Notes under the pieces: model-generated
Databases searched by the model: none
Seen by the model: only the letters and a program-made list of their open reading frames with translations
What the model was told of the DNA's origin: nothing
Origin: Bdellovibrio sp.
GTDB taxonomy: Bacteria > Bdellovibrionota > Bdellovibrionia > Bdellovibrionales > Bdellovibrionaceae
Length of the DNA stretch: 64,000 nt
Direction: 5' to 3'
Assembly (NCBI GenBank): GCA_036676395.1
Contig: JAKFCY010000002.1
Span: forward strand, 1,664,001-1,728,000
Translations under genes and position numbers: made by a program
Shown: positions 59,132 through 64,000 of the stretch, one piece after another
Layout of the letters: each line of letters opens with the position of its first letter
Position numbering within the stretch: the first letter of the stretch is position 1

Positions 59132-59527
59132 TTAAACTGTCAATGATTTGTCATCAGACATTACTTTTTTAATAATACGATATGCAGCCGCCCCTGAGAT
59201 AGGAGGGCAAATTGCATATTTAAAATTAAATTGGCCTAATTTTATCGCAGAAGAAACTAAACTTTTTTCTACATAACCTACTATCGAAACTTTGCTTTGC
59301 ATTTTGAGAAGTTGCATACTGAACATGTCTTCAGAAGCAGATTCTGAGCTTACAAAGATGCAAATAGGCATCTCTTCATACACTCGCGCCACAACTTCAC
59401 CCACACTCTGATAAACAAACACTTCCAGATCGTGCTTTTGCAAAGAAAGTATCACAGTTTCGAGACTCTTTGGATTCGAAGCTATAATAAATACTTTTTC
59501 CTTTTTCGTTTTAATATTCTTTCGCAA
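59132..59527 (-). CDS. Degenerate receiver-domain protein
   Basis: Beta/alpha receiver-like pattern lacking the acidic pocket; AGGAG SD with TTG start. Confidence 0.55.
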   Translation of the reverse strand: MRKNIKTKKEKVFIIASNPKSLETVILSLQKHDLEVFVYQSVGEVVARVYEEMPICIFVSSESASEDMFSMQLLKMQSKVSIVGYVEKSLVSSAIKLGQFNFKYAICPPISGAAAYRIIKKVMSDDKSLTV

Positions 59528-59528
59528 A

Positions 59529-59669
59529 CTAACTCCTTGTCTTTGAATTAACTACCAAACGCTTTTCCGTAATCGTCGGCACATCAGATAAAATTGCATC
59601 TTCTAAAATGTCTAACATCCCTTCGACATCAATAAGCTCTGTCGCTCTGGGTTGGCGCCTGTTTGCCAT
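59529..59669 (-). CDS. Possible 46-aa small protein
   Basis: MANRRQPRATELIDVEGMLDILEDAILSDVPTITEKRLVVNSKTRS*, stops 1 nt before the next start; no clear SD. Confidence 0.3.
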   Translation of the reverse strand: MANRRQPRATELIDVEGMLDILEDAILSDVPTITEKRLVVNSKTRS

Positions 59670-59775
59670 TGCGCAAATATAGTCTGAAACTCAGCAATAA
59701 TTTAATGTTTAGATCTTTTAGAATTAACCATAATATTTTTCTCACCTACGTACTGCGTTATTATCAACACAGTAC

Positions 59776-59802
59776 TTATCGAGAAGATCCTCAGAATCTT
59801 TA
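59776..59802 (-). promoter_or_regulatory. Putative sigma28 promoter
   Basis: TAAA-N15-CTCGATAA on the minus strand. Confidence 0.45.
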
Positions 59803-59934
59803 GATATTTAAGAATGTTTGAGCAAATCTACACAACCCTACATGAAAAATCTCATTCCGGATCGAAACTCAAAGACTCGTTTTGCGAATTAAAGACAATT
59901 TATGGCCAAGGTTATGGCCTTATGATAAAGTACA

Positions 59935-61221
59935 CTACTCACATTTAAATTCGATTTTTTTACAGCGATACATCGGCTGATAGGTGGGAATCGAGTCAGA
60001 AACTTTTTTAGTGTTATCTTCGAAGGTCACTTGCACCTTTACATACTTACTATCTTCAAGTTCTGCTTGCCCGGCCTTAGTGTTATAGTAAGGCTTTAAT
60101 ACTTCTTTGCCATTTTTCATTTCATAGACACAGGCGCCAGTTGTGCCATCACCGTTTGCGCCGGCTGCATTAATGTCAACTTTTGCAGTGCTAATATCAA
60201 AGTCTGCTTGCCCAGCTTGCGAAAATAGCGCCGGTAGGATTTTGGTTTTTGCTGTTTCGGCTCTGGCTTGTGATAAACCCAGAAATCCCTTTTTACAAAA
60301 ACGACTTGCCGCTTCGCCGGTATTATTTAAAGAAGAAGCTGATGAGTTAATACTGACATGATGAAGCTTTGCACCTTTGGCTAAGCGGTCTTTTATACAC
60401 TCAGAAACTTCTTTAGCTTCTGGAGTTGCTAATAACTTACCTAATTCAGCAGTGCTGACATCAAATTTATTGTTGGCGAAATTTTTCTTAAAATTACCTG
60501 CACAAGGCTGGATACGATTTGCAACAATAGTGCGAGCCTCTAATTCAGGTTTTGTGCTGCAAATGTAAAATGCGTTTGGAGATTCGTCGGCTATTTTTTG
60601 TAAACGCTCTTTCAAGGCCTGAACATTTTTAGGATCAGCCATGTCTTTTCTCATATTGCGTAATTTGAATTCACGCTGCTCACGCCCCATTTTATCGGCG
60701 CGAAATTCTTCAATCGTTGGATGTGATTCAATATAATTTGAACTCGCTTTAAAAGTCGGTGTACAATCCATTTTTTCTGCGAAAGATGCGTATTTTTCAA
60801 TGAAGCCTTTTTTATATTCGTCTGGAGTTTTTGCTAATTCAGCAAAAACTGGATCCGCAAACCAATCAAGAATAGGAACAGGAGCGGTTCTTCTTTCGCG
60901 GTCATAATTATTTCTTGGCGCGTAAAACTTCTCGGCCCAAGGATTCGATTTTAGGTATTGGTCGAAGGCTGTTTTTAAACCATGCATGCGGGCTGGGTCT
61001 GTTGTAAAATTTAATAGGCCTTCGATTTTCTTTTTCATGGCCTCTTTATCAACCGGAGGCGCTTCTTTACACTGCCCGTTTTTATTGATTTCTTCGCAGT
61101 TCACATCTTGAATGTTTTGCACATTATCGCTTAAATCATTAAGCGGGCTGCAATTTAGCACGGCTTCGGCCAAAACCATTTGTGAACTGAAAATCAGACT
61201 GAATAAAATTATTTTTTTCAT
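59935..61221 (-). CDS. Exported Cys-rich hypothetical protein with a divergent OmpA-C-like segment
   Basis: VLA signal peptide; FANNKFDV, VSINSSASS, LSQARAETAK, KYVKVQVTF. Confidence 0.65.
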   Translation of the reverse strand: MKKIILFSLIFSSQMVLAEAVLNCSPLNDLSDNVQNIQDVNCEEINKNGQCKEAPPVDKEAMKKKIEGLLNFTTDPARMHGLKTAFDQYLKSNPWAEKFYAPRNNYDRERRTAPVPILDWFADPVFAELAKTPDEYKKGFIEKYASFAEKMDCTPTFKASSNYIESHPTIEEFRADKMGREQREFKLRNMRKDMADPKNVQALKERLQKIADESPNAFYICSTKPELEARTIVANRIQPCAGNFKKNFANNKFDVSTAELGKLLATPEAKEVSECIKDRLAKGAKLHHVSINSSASSLNNTGEAASRFCKKGFLGLSQARAETAKTKILPALFSQAGQADFDISTAKVDINAAGANGDGTTGACVYEMKNGKEVLKPYYNTKAGQAELEDSKYVKVQVTFEDNTKKVSDSIPTYQPMYRCKKIEFKCE

Positions 61222-61365
61222 ACAGACCTATGTCGGAACCTTGAATGTCAAAATGTAATAATTCTTAAAATGAGACAGTTTCGCAAACTCTAGCTTAATA
61301 AACAGTTAAGTATCTATAACTTTAATGACATTTTGCCTAGGCCAAGTATCTGTTATTGGTTTAGC

Positions 61366-62427
61366 ATGAGAAGCTTTGACCACATAGCAGAACAAACCCT
61401 AAAACACATGCAGCATGGTACAACTGATTGTGGTGATGCGACCACGTCAAACTTGATCACTTCTTATTTAAACCAGTCACAGCACCAACAAGAAATAAAT
61501 TTACTGCGCCACAGACCCATCCCCACCATCGCAGCTTCTGATATTCCTAATCCCGGAGACTATGTCACAAAAGTAATTCGTGATGTGCCGTTAATTATTT
61601 ACCGCAATTCAGAAAAGCAGATCAAAGTTTTTTTAAATGTTTGCCGTCACCGTGGCGCAAAACTGACGGCACAAACTAACAGCCCGAATTGTAAAACGTT
61701 CACCTGCCCTTTTCATGGCTGGAAATACCAGGAAGGTAAAAATCTGGCAGAACTAAAAGCTTATGAGTTTGTCGGTATGATTTGGGTTTTGTTAAGCCCA
61801 CAGTCAGAGTTTTCAATTTTAAAATCGCTATCACCTTTTGAAAATGATTTAAATAACCTTGCGATGGTTCCCCGCTTTGCCATGCCCGAATCTATTTTTC
61901 ACAAGAATTTTAACTGGAAGATCGGCGTTGAAGCTTTTTTAGAAGTGGACCACTTTCCGTTTGCGCATGCGCCACATTTAGAAAATATTCAATATCCGGG
62001 GTTAAGTTTAGCCGATCAATCAGACGAGAACTTTCGCCTCGTAGTCCCCTTAAAAAAACCTGCACCACTTGAATTTATTTTAAACTGGGCCCAGGTCATG
62101 TATTTTGTTTTTCCGAGCAGCTTTTTATTGGTTTACACCGATCATATAGCTCTATTAAGTTTAATTCCGACAAGTATTGATACGACAGAATTTCGCTATG
62201 TTCCTCTGGTGCAACAAGAATCTGATTTAACCTCGTACGCCATTCAAAACAAAGTTGATTTTTTAAAAATTATTTTACAACAGGATTTCGATATTCTTGA
62301 GGACGTGCAAAACGGATTAACTTCCGGTGCGAATACCGAAATGACATTTACCCGCAGTGAACATCTCTTAAATAGTTTTCACAATTCTATATCAAAAACG
62401 TGTGGGGTGATAAACAGCACGTTGTAA
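61366..62427 (+). CDS. Rieske non-heme iron oxygenase alpha subunit
   Basis: NVCRHRG, TCPFHGW, NWKIGVEAFLEVDHFPFAH, QQD. Confidence 0.9.
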   Translation: MRSFDHIAEQTLKHMQHGTTDCGDATTSNLITSYLNQSQHQQEINLLRHRPIPTIAASDIPNPGDYVTKVIRDVPLIIYRNSEKQIKVFLNVCRHRGAKLTAQTNSPNCKTFTCPFHGWKYQEGKNLAELKAYEFVGMIWVLLSPQSEFSILKSLSPFENDLNNLAMVPRFAMPESIFHKNFNWKIGVEAFLEVDHFPFAHAPHLENIQYPGLSLADQSDENFRLVVPLKKPAPLEFILNWAQVMYFVFPSSFLLVYTDHIALLSLIPTSIDTTEFRYVPLVQQESDLTSYAIQNKVDFLKIILQQDFDILEDVQNGLTSGANTEMTFTRSEHLLNSFHNSISKTCGVINSTL

Positions 62428-63642
62428 TTCAGATTTTCCTGAAACGATGAGGTCACTGACTAACTGACCCGTACCTAAACCCGATTGCAGCCCTAACATT
62501 TGATGACCACACGCAAGCATTAGATTATGATAGTTCTTGGCCCACCCGATGATTGGTACGCCATCCGGCGTACAGGGGCGTAAGCCACGCCAAGTTTCGT
62601 GAACTTTGATGCTATCTGGAATATGTAAAAACTCTTTAGCACCATCAAAGATCGCTTTTACCCTGCGATCAGTGATTGAAAAATCCTGATTCACTAATTC
62701 TAAGGTTCCCGCAATGCGTAGAGAATCTTGTCTTGGCGTGATGGCGATTTTTCGATCGACAATCATAATTGGAATTTGTGGTTGTGATTTCAAACGATCT
62801 ACAATCAAGGCATAACCTTTGCCCCCTAATATAGGAACATCTAATGCTAAATCCGAGGCTAAACTTTGTGACCAACTGCCTGCGGCCAGCACAAAAACAT
62901 CGGCATGCATCTCGCCTTTAGAGGTTTGAATAGATTTAATTTTTTTCTTTTGACCATCGGTTGAAAAATTTGCTTTTTTAAATTCAGTGTTCTCTAAAAT
63001 TTTTACACCAAGCTTTTGTGCTTTTTTAGCTAAGGCTTGAACAACTTTTAATGGTTCAGCATGAGCCTCATCAGAAAAATAAACTCCGCCTAATAAATTT
63101 CCTTTTAGAGCTGGTTCAAGTTCTTTGATTTGGTCTGCATTTAGTTTGCGGCCAGGGATATTATATTTTTCAACAAGGTTCATTTCATCAACAGCAGCTT
63201 TTACTCCTACAGGTGTCGCGCTGACCATGAGTAAGCCCTTTTGCTGCATTTCAATTTCTGGATATTCTTGGGCTAATTTTTTATAATCGTTTAAACTTTT
63301 AAGAGAAAGTGTAACTAACGCCTCGATCGCCATTTGTGATTTTTTTTCAGTCATTGATAATAAAAATCGAGTCAACCACTGAGTTAATAAAACACTGGGA
63401 ACAGGTTTGATATACAACGGCCCACTTGGATTCAACATCCACTTCATGGATTTAAGTAGCATCCCGGGCATTGGTAACGGCATCGAAAAACACGGGGTCA
63501 TCCATCCGGCATTACCGTAAGAGCAACCGTAACCCACTTGCTCTTTTTCAATAACGACAACATCAGCTCCAGCCTCTGCTAATTTCACAGCACAAGATAG
63601 ACCAATGATTCCACCGCCAATAACCGTAACACTTTTCTTCAT
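62392..63642 (-). CDS. dadA: D-amino acid dehydrogenase (FAD-dependent)
   Basis: VIGGGIIG, CSYGNAG, GKGY, WRGLRPCTPDG, GHQMLG. Confidence 0.85.
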   Translation of the reverse strand: MKKSVTVIGGGIIGLSCAVKLAEAGADVVVIEKEQVGYGCSYGNAGWMTPCFSMPLPMPGMLLKSMKWMLNPSGPLYIKPVPSVLLTQWLTRFLLSMTEKKSQMAIEALVTLSLKSLNDYKKLAQEYPEIEMQQKGLLMVSATPVGVKAAVDEMNLVEKYNIPGRKLNADQIKELEPALKGNLLGGVYFSDEAHAEPLKVVQALAKKAQKLGVKILENTEFKKANFSTDGQKKKIKSIQTSKGEMHADVFVLAAGSWSQSLASDLALDVPILGGKGYALIVDRLKSQPQIPIMIVDRKIAITPRQDSLRIAGTLELVNQDFSITDRRVKAIFDGAKEFLHIPDSIKVHETWRGLRPCTPDGVPIIGWAKNYHNLMLACGHQMLGLQSGLGTGQLVSDLIVSGKSELQRAVYHPTRF

Positions 63643-63699
63643 AAGTCTATATTACGGCTATTGTTTAAATTTGAATATTGAAAAAATAAGATCCTGGCC

Positions 63700-63999
63700 T
63701 TAAAGAGCCCTGCCACCAAAACTTTGTGTATCTAGGCTTAACAAAAACTGATCTAGCTCTTTTTTACGGGGTTCAGCCATTTCTTTGCAGGCTTGTAAGC
63801 TGCATTTATCAGGTAAGGCTTTGGTAAAACTCTTTAAGATATTCACAGTCGGCGTCAAAGTCCCATCTGTTCGCCCAGGCTCTTGGGTAAGAGCTAAAAT
63901 TCTAGCGACTCCGATGGCTCCTAAAAAATCTAGGATATCCGCATCACGAAAAGCTTGGGCTTGCTGAGATTCTGGTTTTGGTCCGTAGTAAGTGTGGCC
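63700..63999 (-). CDS. HD-domain phosphohydrolase, C-terminal part (partial)
   Basis: Read manually: GHTYYGPKP...FRDADILDFLGAIGVAR...SFGGRAL*, stop at 63700. Confidence 0.8.
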   Translation of the reverse strand, partial: GHTYYGPKPESQQAQAFRDADILDFLGAIGVARILALTQEPGRTDGTLTPTVNILKSFTKALPDKCSLQACKEMAEPRKKELDQFLLSLDTQSFGGRAL

Positions 64000-64000
64000 T

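Noticed and set aside
1..64000. CRISPR array, cas genes, tRNA/rRNA, prophage or transposase
   Set aside because: No regularly spaced direct repeats, cloverleaf/T-loop signatures or integrase/transposase motifs seen by eye; dedicated scans were not run

Overview
A 64-kb, gene-dense, AT-rich chromosomal segment, most likely from a Bdellovibrionota predator (Bdellovibrio/Pseudobdellovibrio-like). This is an inference from the 'FQNC' lipobox, the many exported proteases, nucleases and beta-barrels, the orphan cheY-cheX pair and the standalone LuxR. Most genes are housekeeping or metabolic: cca-family nucleotidyltransferase, queG, hutG, ltaE, bcp, fadD, selO, a TetR-TolC-RND operon, an S1-domain protein, kynA plus a kynureninase-like enzyme, a GGDEF cyclase, an AidB-like dehydrogenase, a desaturase-FutA-TonB-imelysin-TBDR iron locus, a Rieske oxygenase and dadA. 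I saw no rRNA, tRNA, CRISPR array, prophage or transposase. Most notable: (1) an exported, sigma54-preceded protein with Fam20/Four-jointed-like kinase motifs (47670-49106); (2) a GNAT gene bracketed by 40-53 bp inverted repeats, with a third degenerate copy 20 kb away; (3) a 206-nt dual-coding overlap giving BCP a histone-like basic arm and its neighbour an acidic tail; (4) a recurring intergenic palindrome TGTCTCA-N3-TGAGACA; (5) a PEGA/YidD-like/TPR-TM2/lipoprotein operon; (6) a frameshifted FG-GAP lipoprotein with a downstream remnant of its own signal peptide. All calls are from reading motifs by eye; no searches were run.
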